Shown here: positions 23,339 to 30,685 of the stretch, in pieces | Layout: each line of letters begins with the position of its first letter | Numbering within the stretch: position 1 is the stretch's first letter | From: Candidatus Eiseniibacteriota bacterium | GTDB lineage: Bacteria; Eisenbacteria; RBG-16-71-46 | Reading direction: 5' to 3' | DNA: 30,685 nucleotides | NCBI GenBank assembly: GCA_023249815.1 | Contig: JAHFBX010000002.1 | Span: forward strand, 1 to 30,685 | Notes under the pieces: generated by a model | The model's input: the letters and a program-made list of their open reading frames with translations, nothing else | Told to the model about the DNA's origin: nothing | Databases searched by the model: none | Position numbers and translations under genes: made by a program

Positions 23339-25984
23339 CTAGAGATCGAAGTGGTGCGCCACCTTGACGAGGAACACGTTGTTCGCCGGCGCGCGGGACA
23401 TCACGCGATAGGAGTGATCCACGTCGAACTCGTTCACGCCGTCCTCCGCGGCGCGCTCCTGCGTCCACACGAAGTAGGCGGTCGAACCGGGCAGGTACTC
23501 CCAGCGCACGACCGCATTGCCCCGCAGCGAAGCGAACGTGCCGCTTATCGCCCGGGTGAGCGTCACCACGGGATCCCCGGGGTCCGACACGATGGGGTCG
23601 GTCACCGACACCAGCTCGTACGTGCGCGACCTCTCGAGCTCCTTCATGTCGTGAAAGCGGAGCGTGGAGAGGAGCGGCTGCAGGTACACCTGGAAGCTCA
23701 CGTTCGGCGTCGCCGAGTAATCCGCGCGCAGTCCCATCGACAACTGGGTCTGCTCCAGCTCTGCGAACTGCGAGCCGGTCATCGTGCTGCCGGAGATGTT
23801 GCGGAGGAATTGGGTGTCGGTGTGGGACAGGAAGTACTCCGGACCGCCGCTCAACCCGAGGTTCGGGATCGGGCGCCACGTGACGCCGTTGCTCACCGAC
23901 TGCGTCCACGAGCCGTCCTGGCTGAAGTTCGGGTTGTAGCTCACCCACCAGAACCACGGGTTTCGCCCGTTCGTGTCGAAGTAGAGGTTCAGGTTGGCGC
24001 CAGGCTTGCTCGCCATGAGCGGCCCGCCACGCGTTTTCCGCGAGTTGAACGCCGGGCCGAACAGGAACGTGTTCGCTTCGTAGCTCCAGCGATTGCGGCC
24101 TTCGGCGCGGCCGCCGAGGTAGAATCCCTTGAGCGTGCTGTTGCCGCCGAAGTCCCAGGTGCTCGCGAGCGCGCCGAGCACGTTGGCGTACTGACGCCAG
24201 CCCTTCGGCTCCTCCCACTGCCAACCCGCGCCCAGGTGCGCGTTGACGATGTCGCCGCCGAACTGGAATCCGAGGTCGTTGTTGTTGAAGCCGGGCGAAA
24301 GCGCGCCCACGGCGGAGTTGAAGAGCAGCTTGCCCTGCTGCTTGTTGATCCACCATCGTGAGCTCCAGCCCGTGAGCGTGGTTGCGCCCGGATCGACGCC
24401 GAGCCCGGGACGGTCGGGACGCTGGTAATAGTGCGGAAAACCCTTCTGGATCGAGCTCATCCGAGCCGGGGTGCCGTGGATCTGTGACGCGGTGGCGTAG
24501 CCCGAGATCACCCACGTGCGCTTCTTGTCGAGGAACGTCCAGCCATCCATGGCAGAGACCACGGAGCGATCATTCACCTGGTCGCGCAGCGGGTCGGAGC
24601 CGCCGTCGAAGAAGCGCGCGGTCGTCATCGTCATGAGGCCGATGCCCTGCCGGCGATCGTTCAGCTCGTGCATGAATCGATACACGCCGTAGTAGCTCAT
24701 CGGCTCGACGCCGTAGTCCGTGTCCGTGCCGTCGAAGTTCCTGCGCGTGGCGATCTCACGCTGCGTGAGCGCCTGCACCGTTCCGACGTTCCATCCGGGC
24801 GCGGCCTGTCCCGTCACCTTGGCAGCGCCCAGGATGTGCGTCGCCAGCGGGTTGTCGGAGGAGTCCGCCGAGGAGGTCGATCCCTGGGGCGTGCGGCCGA
24901 TCCGGCGTGAGTAAAAGAAGATCGGCTCCGGCCAATTGAAGCCCCAGTAGTCATTCGCGCCGTTGTTGCCGCAGCGGAACACGCTCACCCCCTCGGTGAA
25001 GAACGGGCGCTTCTCCTGGAAGAAGCTCTCGACGTCCGAGAGGTTCACGACCGCCGGGTCGACCTCGACCTGGCCGAAGTCGGGATTGATCGTCGCGTTG
25101 AGCGTGAGCTTGGAGCCGAGGCTCGTGCGCAGGTCCCCGCCGAGGGCGGGCGTCGACTTCCAGCCGGAGTGGAACGGATTGTCCGTGTTGAACTCGGTCA
25201 AGCTCCCGGAGTCGAACCGCAGGTGCTCGGCCTTGTTCGTGGCGTAGGGCGTGACCTCGATGTTGCGCGCCGGCTTGAGCCGGTCGAGCCCTTGCAGCTC
25301 GGGGAAGCGCGACACGTAGCCGGACTGGCCGCGCGGCGTGTAGACGAGCGCGTCCAGCTCGTTCAGCCGGCTGATCGAGCGCTGGAAGTTGACACCCCAC
25401 ACCATCTGGTTCGCGTTGAAGCGCAGCTGTGAGAACGGGATCCGCATCTCCGCGGTCCAGCCTTCATGGTCGCGCTGCACGCGGGCCAGCCAGACGCCGT
25501 CCCACGACGAGTCGTCCCAGCCATCGTTCATGAGCACGCCGTCTGCGAGCACGCCGGCGGCCGAGACCTGGAAGAAGTATCCCGTCCGCTTGTCGCGGTA
25601 GGGGTCGAGCATGACGGAGAACGCGTCGGAGCCGCCGTCGTCATCGCGACGGACGAGCCGCGCCACGACGGAGTCGGGCGCGCTGTCGAACAGCCTCGCG
25701 CCCACGTAGACGGCGTCGTCGTCGTAGGCCAGCCGCACCTCGGTGCGCTGCCGGGGCGCCTGGCCCTGGTCAGGGTCACGCTGCGTGAACGACGTGATCG
25801 CGTTGCCGTTCTTCCAGATGTCTTCGTTCAGCAGGCCATCGACGGCGATGGGTCGATCGGTGCGCACGGCGCGCACCGGCGGATGCTGCGGCTCGGTGGT
25901 CGGCGCGGCCGGCGCGGGGGGGTCCTGCGCGAAGGCTGGCCACGCGCAGGCTGCGAGCATGAGGGTTGCAACGAGGGTACGCAT
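23339..25984 (-). CDS. DUF5916-type protein: N-terminal CBM9-like/DOMON domain plus probable outer-membrane beta-barrel (881 aa)
   Basis: Signal peptide ending ...WPAFA. IAVDGLLNEDIW, TEVRLAYDDDAVYV, GWTAEMRIPFSQLRF, TINPDFGQVEVD, FFQEKRPFFTEG, FYSRRIG, and a C-terminal FLVKVAHHFDL beta-strand. Confidence 0.8.
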   Translation of the reverse strand: MRTLVATLMLAACAWPAFAQDPPAPAAPTTEPQHPPVRAVRTDRPIAVDGLLNEDIWKNGNAITSFTQRDPDQGQAPRQRTEVRLAYDDDAVYVGARLFDSAPDSVVARLVRRDDDGGSDAFSVMLDPYRDKRTGYFFQVSAAGVLADGVLMNDGWDDSSWDGVWLARVQRDHEGWTAEMRIPFSQLRFNANQMVWGVNFQRSISRLNELDALVYTPRGQSGYVSRFPELQGLDRLKPARNIEVTPYATNKAEHLRFDSGSLTEFNTDNPFHSGWKSTPALGGDLRTSLGSKLTLNATINPDFGQVEVDPAVVNLSDVESFFQEKRPFFTEGVSVFRCGNNGANDYWGFNWPEPIFFYSRRIGRTPQGSTSSADSSDNPLATHILGAAKVTGQAAPGWNVGTVQALTQREIATRRNFDGTDTDYGVEPMSYYGVYRFMHELNDRRQGIGLMTMTTARFFDGGSDPLRDQVNDRSVVSAMDGWTFLDKKRTWVISGYATASQIHGTPARMSSIQKGFPHYYQRPDRPGLGVDPGATTLTGWSSRWWINKQQGKLLFNSAVGALSPGFNNNDLGFQFGGDIVNAHLGAGWQWEEPKGWRQYANVLGALASTWDFGGNSTLKGFYLGGRAEGRNRWSYEANTFLFGPAFNSRKTRGGPLMASKPGANLNLYFDTNGRNPWFWWVSYNPNFSQDGSWTQSVSNGVTWRPIPNLGLSGGPEYFLSHTDTQFLRNISGSTMTGSQFAELEQTQLSMGLRADYSATPNVSFQVYLQPLLSTLRFHDMKELERSRTYELVSVTDPIVSDPGDPVVTLTRAISGTFASLRGNAVVRWEYLPGSTAYFVWTQERAAEDGVNEFDVDHSYRVMSRAPANNVFLVKVAHHFDL

Positions 25985-26219
25985 GCGGGCTCCGGGGGGA
26001 GGCCGTTGGGCTTACGGCCTCGTGGGGTCGCGCCGGGTCACGGTAGGCGCTCTTCTGCGCGCCGCGGCCGACGCGCGATGTCCGCTGTACGGGCCGGCGC
26101 TGTGGGAGGTTGCCGTCCGCGCCGAGGAAACTGACCCGATTTCGCGTCGAGTTCCATGCGCCCCCGACGAGCGCTGGATTCCAAGCCACCAACCGGGGGT
26201 GGTTCGTGCCGACCGGCGC

Positions 26220-27134
26220 TCAGGACCGGATGAGGGCTGCTGCGAGTTCTCCCGCGACGCGGGCGTTGCTCTCGAGGAGCGCGATGTTCGTGCGCGTCGC
26301 CGCGCCGCCGGTCAAACGCTGCATACGGTCGAGCAGGGCGGGTGTCACGCCGCGGCCGCCGACGCCTTGCGCCCTCACCTCCTCCAGCGCCTCCGACATG
26401 GCCCGCTCGTACGTGTGCTCGTCCAGCTCGTCGGCCTCGGGCACCGGGTTGGCGATCACGATCCCGGTGCCAGTGTCGAGCGCGACGTGGGTGCGCACCG
26501 CGTCGGCGAGTCGCGACATGTCGTCGAAGCGCTCGTCCACGCGCAGCCCGCTCGAGCGCCTCCAGAACGCGGGGAAATGCTCGCACCGCCAGCCGAGCAC
26601 GGGGACGCCCAGCGTCTCGAGGCGTTCCACCGTGCGCGAGAGGTCGAGGATGGCCTTGGCGCCCGCGCACACCACCGCCACCGGGATGCGGGCCAGCGCG
26701 GTGAGATCGGCGCTCACGTCGTCGGTCTCGGATGCACCCCGGTGAACACCGCCGATGCCACCCGTGGCGAACACGCCGATGCCGGCGTGATACGCGGCCA
26801 GCATGGTGGCCGCGACCGTGGTGGAGCCGACGCCGCGCGCCACCAGCACGGCCGCGAGGTTCCCGAGGTTCACCTTGGGCACGTCCGGCGTGGCCGCGAG
26901 TCGTTCGAGCTCCTCCGGCGTGAGCCCCACGCGCACGGCTCCGTCCAGCAGCCCGATCGTGGCCGGGATGGCGCCGCCCGCCACGACCTGGGCCTCCATG
27001 TCACGTGCGACACGCACACCCTCGGGGCGCGGGAGCCCGTGCGTGACAACCGTGGTCTCGAGCGCCACCACGGGGCGATGGGCCGCGAGCGCGCGTGCCA
27101 CCGGCTCGGCGATGCGCAGGCGCTCCATGGTCAC
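26220..27134 (-). CDS. psuG: Pseudouridine-5'-phosphate glycosidase (PsuG/IndA family)
   Basis: VVALETTVVTHGLP, FATGGIGGVHRG, DVSADL, VCAGAKAILD, VIANPVP. GTG start overlaps the pfkB TGA. Confidence 0.9.
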   Translation of the reverse strand: MTMERLRIAEPVARALAAHRPVVALETTVVTHGLPRPEGVRVARDMEAQVVAGGAIPATIGLLDGAVRVGLTPEELERLAATPDVPKVNLGNLAAVLVARGVGSTTVAATMLAAYHAGIGVFATGGIGGVHRGASETDDVSADLTALARIPVAVVCAGAKAILDLSRTVERLETLGVPVLGWRCEHFPAFWRRSSGLRVDERFDDMSRLADAVRTHVALDTGTGIVIANPVPEADELDEHTYERAMSEALEEVRAQGVGGRGVTPALLDRMQRLTGGAATRTNIALLESNARVAGELAAALIRS

Positions 27135-28090
27135 GATCCCGCCTCGGCGCCGCCGGCAGGTCGTGGCGCGGCGGCGCGCTCGGCCACACCTCGTTCGCCT
27201 GAGGCACGCACGGCGGCGGGAGCGGCCGCGAGCAGTCCATCGGGACCCCAGGCGCGGATCGCGATCTCGGCTGACGCGATCGCCCGGCGCAGGCCCTCAC
27301 CGGGCTCCGCGCCTTCGAGCCACGCGGACAGGAACCCGGCTGCGAACGCATCGCCCGCACCCGTCGGATCCACGGCGCGCATCGCGCTCGGCGGCCATCG
27401 CTTGAGCTCCGCGGCTTGCGAGTCGTGCAGCGTCCCGCCCGAAGCGCCCTGCTTCCACGCCACGAATCGCAATCTTCCGCTGGCGAGTGAAGCCAGTGCG
27501 CGCTGTGCGTCGGCCTCGTCGCCGGGCCAGCGCACCTCGTCGTCGCTCGGGAAGAACGCGTCCACGTGCGGGAGCAGCTCGCGCCAGTCGTCGAGTGTCT
27601 CGGGCGAGACGGGAAGGTGCGGGTCCAGCGAGACGAGCGCCGGGCGCTCCGGGGCCTCCCAGCCGCGGATGGCGAGCACGAGCGCGCGCTGCGTCGCGAT
27701 CGGCATCGGCGCCAGGTGGAATGCGCGCGCCGTGCGCCACGCTCCGGGCACATGCGCGGGGTCGGGCGAGACCGCTTCGTGCGACGGGCAGCCCGAGTGG
27801 TGGACCACGCGCCGTGCCACGCCCTCGTAGAGGAGCCACGTGCGTACGCCGTTCGCGCGCAGGTCGTGCACGCCGTCGAGCGACACGCCGCGTTCGCGGA
27901 GCGCGGCGAGCGCGGTCGGTGGATAGTCGTTACCGCGCAGGCTCACGCAGCCCACGCGAACGCCCCACAGCGCCGCGGCGAGCGAGGCGTAGAGCATGGC
28001 GCCTCCCGGCTGCGCCATGCGCGTGCGGCCGTCTGGGAACACCACGTCGTCCACGAGCAGGTTGCCGAGCAGCACCAGGTCGGGCGTCAT
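27131..28090 (-). CDS. PfkB/ribokinase-family kinase (candidate pseudouridine or nucleoside kinase; 319 aa)
   Basis: LLGNLLVDD, PGGAMLYAS, FFPSDDE, C-terminal signature VDPTGAGDAFAAGF; coupled to psuG. Confidence 0.85.
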   Translation of the reverse strand: MTPDLVLLGNLLVDDVVFPDGRTRMAQPGGAMLYASLAAALWGVRVGCVSLRGNDYPPTALAALRERGVSLDGVHDLRANGVRTWLLYEGVARRVVHHSGCPSHEAVSPDPAHVPGAWRTARAFHLAPMPIATQRALVLAIRGWEAPERPALVSLDPHLPVSPETLDDWRELLPHVDAFFPSDDEVRWPGDEADAQRALASLASGRLRFVAWKQGASGGTLHDSQAAELKRWPPSAMRAVDPTGAGDAFAAGFLSAWLEGAEPGEGLRRAIASAEIAIRAWGPDGLLAAAPAAVRASGERGVAERAAAPRPAGGAEAGS

Positions 28091-28113
28091 GTGCGTGGAG
28101 CCCGCTGCGCGCC

Positions 28114-28938
28114 TCACGCGCCGCGCGGCGTGAGCGCCGTGAACGCTGCAACCATCGCCCGCGCGGCATCGGCGTCGAGCGCGTTGGACCACAGGCCGCC
28201 CTGCTTCACGGACGAGCCCACGATGAAGCCATCGGCGTGCGCGTAGCTCGCGAGATTCGCGGGTGTCAGCCCCGAGCCCACGAGCACGGGGAGGTGGCCG
28301 GCATCGCGCGCCGCGGCCAGGTCGGCGGGCTCGGCGGGTTCACCCGTGGCCGTGCCGGTCACCACCAACCCGTCCGCGAGGAAGAACTCCGCCGCGCGCG
28401 CCGTCTCGGCCAGTGACACGTCGGCGGTGAGCGCATGCGAGGAGTGCTTCTTCTTGATGTCGGCGAACACGCGCACGCGCTCGGCGCCGATCGCGCGCCG
28501 ATAGCGCATGAGCTCGCCCGCGAACGACTGCACGATGCCCTCGTCCGCGACGTGCGCGAACACGAACCCTTCGACGCGCACGAACTCCGCGCCGCAGGCG
28601 TGCGCCACTGCGATCGCCTCGCGGTTCGCGGCCGCCAGCACCTGGACGCCGAGCGGGAGCCCTGTCTCTCGCTTGATCTCGTGCGCGAGCACCGCCATCG
28701 CGGCGGTCACCTCGGGGCCGACGCCACCTTTCAGATAGGGCCGGTCGTGCATGTTCTCCACCGCGAGCGCGTTGAAACCCGCGTCTCGGTACGCGCGCGC
28801 CTCGCCGAGCGCGTGCTGCACCAGGCGCTCCACCGAGTGGTGCGCGGTGGGCGTGCCGGGGAGTGCTCCCACGTGCACCATGCCGATCAAGGCACGCGGC
28901 GAGCCGAACAGCTGGCGGAAGGTAGCGCGGGGGTCCAT
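28114..28938 (-). CDS. BtpA/SgcQ family TIM-barrel protein (274 aa)
   Basis: IGMVHVGALPGTP, VENMHDRPY, LGVQVL, ADIKKKH, ADGLVVTGTATG, VLVGSG, ADGFIVGSSVK. Confidence 0.88.
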   Translation of the reverse strand: MDPRATFRQLFGSPRALIGMVHVGALPGTPTAHHSVERLVQHALGEARAYRDAGFNALAVENMHDRPYLKGGVGPEVTAAMAVLAHEIKRETGLPLGVQVLAAANREAIAVAHACGAEFVRVEGFVFAHVADEGIVQSFAGELMRYRRAIGAERVRVFADIKKKHSSHALTADVSLAETARAAEFFLADGLVVTGTATGEPAEPADLAAARDAGHLPVLVGSGLTPANLASYAHADGFIVGSSVKQGGLWSNALDADAARAMVAAFTALTPRGA

Positions 28939-28992
28939 GGGCCCGCCAGCGTAGGGAATCGCTCCCCGGCGCGTCCACCCGTGGCCCTGCAT

Positions 28993-29020
28993 TGTCACGA
29001 GACCCCGGTGTGCCCGACGA
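28993..29020 (+). promoter_or_regulatory. Putative ECF-type promoter, copy 3 (upstream of the STAS gene)
   Basis: tGTCAC-gagaccccggtgtgcc-CGACGA with the same 16-nt spacer as copies 1 and 2, intergenic, about 65 nt upstream of the STAS ATG. Confidence 0.65.
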
Positions 29021-29085
29021 TGGGGGCAGAGGGGTCCATGGACCGGCCGATCGGGCCGTTCCCGGCGAGTGCTCAGGAGGTCGAA

Positions 29086-29478
29086 ATGGAGAAGCAGCGC
29101 CCGAAATACAACTCCGTGCGGGTGGCGGAGGGCTTCGCGGTGGTCCGTCCCGAGCGCAGGCTCGTGGGCGACACGGAGACCGATGAGTTCCGCGACATCG
29201 TCCGCCAGCTGAACGCGAGCAACTTGAAGTTCATCGTCGTGGACCTGGGCGAGATCGACTGGGTGAGCACGCCGGGGCTGGGCGCGCTGGTCGAGGCCCA
29301 CCAGTGGTTCGCCAAGCGCGGCGCTCACATGCTGCTCGCGCGCGTGGACAAACGGATCCACAACCTGCTCATCATCACCAAGCTGTCGATGGTGTTCGAG
29401 ACGTACCCGTCGGAGGCGGCGGCCATCGCCGCGGGCGAGGCGATGCCCGTGCAGACCCCGACGAACCCGCCCGCGTGA
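29086..29478 (+). CDS. STAS-domain protein, anti-sigma-factor antagonist type (SpoIIAA/RsbV-like; 130 aa)
   Basis: SD aggagg at 29075-29080; IVVDLGEIDWVSTPGLGALV, IHNLLIITKLSMVFETY. Confidence 0.85.
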   Translation: MEKQRPKYNSVRVAEGFAVVRPERRLVGDTETDEFRDIVRQLNASNLKFIVVDLGEIDWVSTPGLGALVEAHQWFAKRGAHMLLARVDKRIHNLLIITKLSMVFETYPSEAAAIAAGEAMPVQTPTNPPA

Positions 29479-30425
29479 GCGGGCTGTTGTCCTCGCGAGG
29501 GCCGGGGTGGTTCGCACGCCTCGGCCTGTTCGCGTTCATGCTCTTGCCCGCGCGCGGCACGCACGCCGTCGCCGCCTCCGCGAAAGCGCCCTACACCGTG
29601 GTGCTCGGCATCGCCCAGGACGGGGGACTGCCCCAGGCGGGTTGCCGCAAGGCCTGCTGCACGAGCGGTCGGCACGAGAACGTGGCGAGCCTGGCGCTCG
29701 TGGATCCGGGCTCGCGCCGCTGGTGGCTGTTCGACGCCACGCCGGACTTTCGCGCCCAGCTCGCGCGCATGGCCCGCGAAGCACCGGCGTGCTCGCTGGC
29801 CGGCGTGTTCCTCACGCATGCGCACATCGGCCACTACACCGGACTCATGCACCTGGGCCGCGAGGCCATGGGCGCGCGAGGCATGCCGGTGTGGGCGATG
29901 CCGCGCATGCACGACTTCCTCATCGCGAACGGCCCGTGGAGCCAGCTCGTGCAGCTCGGGAACATCTAGCTCCGGCCGCTCGTCGCCGACTCCGCGGTGG
30001 CGCTCACCGCTTCATTGAGCGTGACGCCGTTCCTCGTGCCGCACCGCGACGAGTTCTCGGAGACGGTGGGCTTCCGCATCGCCGGCTCGGGCGGCGCCGT
30101 GGCGTTCGTGCCGGACATCGACAAATGGGAGCGCTGGGACCGCCGCCTCGAAGGGCTGCTGCGTTACGTGAGCGTGGCCTACGTGGACGGCACGTTCTTC
30201 GACGGCGCCGAGCTCCCCGGCCGCGACATGCGCGAGATCCCGCACCCTTACGTCGTGGAGACGCTCGATCGGCTGGCGACGGAGCCCGCCGCGACACGCG
30301 CCCGCGTGAGGTTCATCCACGTGAACCACAGCAACCGCGTGCTCGACCCCGGCTCAGCCGAACGGCTGCGCGTCACGCGCGCTGGCATGCACGTGGCAGC
30401 GGAAGGGGAGCGCGTTCCTCTCTAG
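29475..30425 (+). pseudogene. PqqB-like metallo-beta-lactamase-fold hydrolase with N-terminal signal/anchor, interrupted by in-frame TAG at 29967-29969
   Basis: GTG 29475 overlaps the STAS TGA. VLGIAQDGGLPQAGCRKACC and FLTHAHIGHYTGL precede ...QLGNI*LRPL..., which continues in the same frame to VPHRDE, PDIDKW, DGTF, HVNHSN. Listed ORFs 29304..29969 and 29997..30425 are in the same frame. Confidence 0.8.
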
Positions 30426-30685
30426 CCCGACCTATTCGTGAAGCCGGCGAACTCGCGCGGTGGGCGGCGTGAGCGCCTCCGTTTCGGCGTTTCGTAGCAT
30501 GCGCGAGGCGAGCGCCACTTCTCCAGCGTGATGTGGGCGGCGCCGACAGGGCCGTGAGCGCCGGCGAGGGGTGATTCGGGCATAGCTCCGCTCCAGGGCT
30601 TCTCGGGGAGGTTCGCGATGCAGGTGTTGCGCGCGGGCTCAGCCGGGGCGGGCGCCGCTGTTGAGTGCGATCGCGCGCCAACCGT

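Noticed and set aside
25999-26021. Perfect 8-bp hairpin just upstream of the DUF5916 start
   Set aside because: Single GC-rich stem with no U-tract or alternative pairing that I could identify; cannot be distinguished from background.
1-30685. Many long overlapping or antisense ORFs in the six-frame track (e.g. 1499..3115 +, 4284..5675 -, 12935..14761 +, 19901..21046 +, 22623..24515 -, 25743..27830 +)
   Set aside because: They are Arg/Ala/Pro/Gly-rich shadows of real genes on the opposite strand or another frame. This is expected at this GC content, and none has a family motif.
30426-30685. Possible small ORFs or a gene end at the right edge
   Set aside because: The short minus-strand frames have no recognisable motif, and the region is truncated by the window.

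Overview
Very GC-rich (about 70% by eye) bacterial chromosomal window, densely coding. I see no rRNA, tRNA, CRISPR array or mobile element. In order it holds: a 5'-truncated probable envelope protein; an M1 aminopeptidase; a GT-C-like membrane protein; a small lipoprotein; an unusual ECF sigma factor fused to two zinc anti-sigma (ZAS) motifs, a TM helix and an outer domain; a CsgG/FlgT-like secreted protein; mqnC; a sigma54-type minor type IV pilin operon (fimT-pilV-pilW-pilX) whose PilW is about 1000 aa with SdrD-B-like and FG-GAP repeats; a TIGR00266/AIM24 protein; an mqnE-rhodanese-recQ-mqnA operon; an ABC exporter; a DUF5916-type protein; a btpA/sgcQ-pfkB-psuG operon; a STAS protein; and a PqqB-like metallo-hydrolase interrupted by an in-frame TAG. 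The best candidate for an undescribed system is a bipartite motif, GTCAC-N16-CGACGA. It occurs three times with identical spacing, each time intergenic and sense to the next gene: before the lipoprotein, the sigma fusion and the STAS gene. This suggests an autoregulated, membrane-tethered one-component ECF regulon. All family calls are from motif recognition by eye; no database searches were run.
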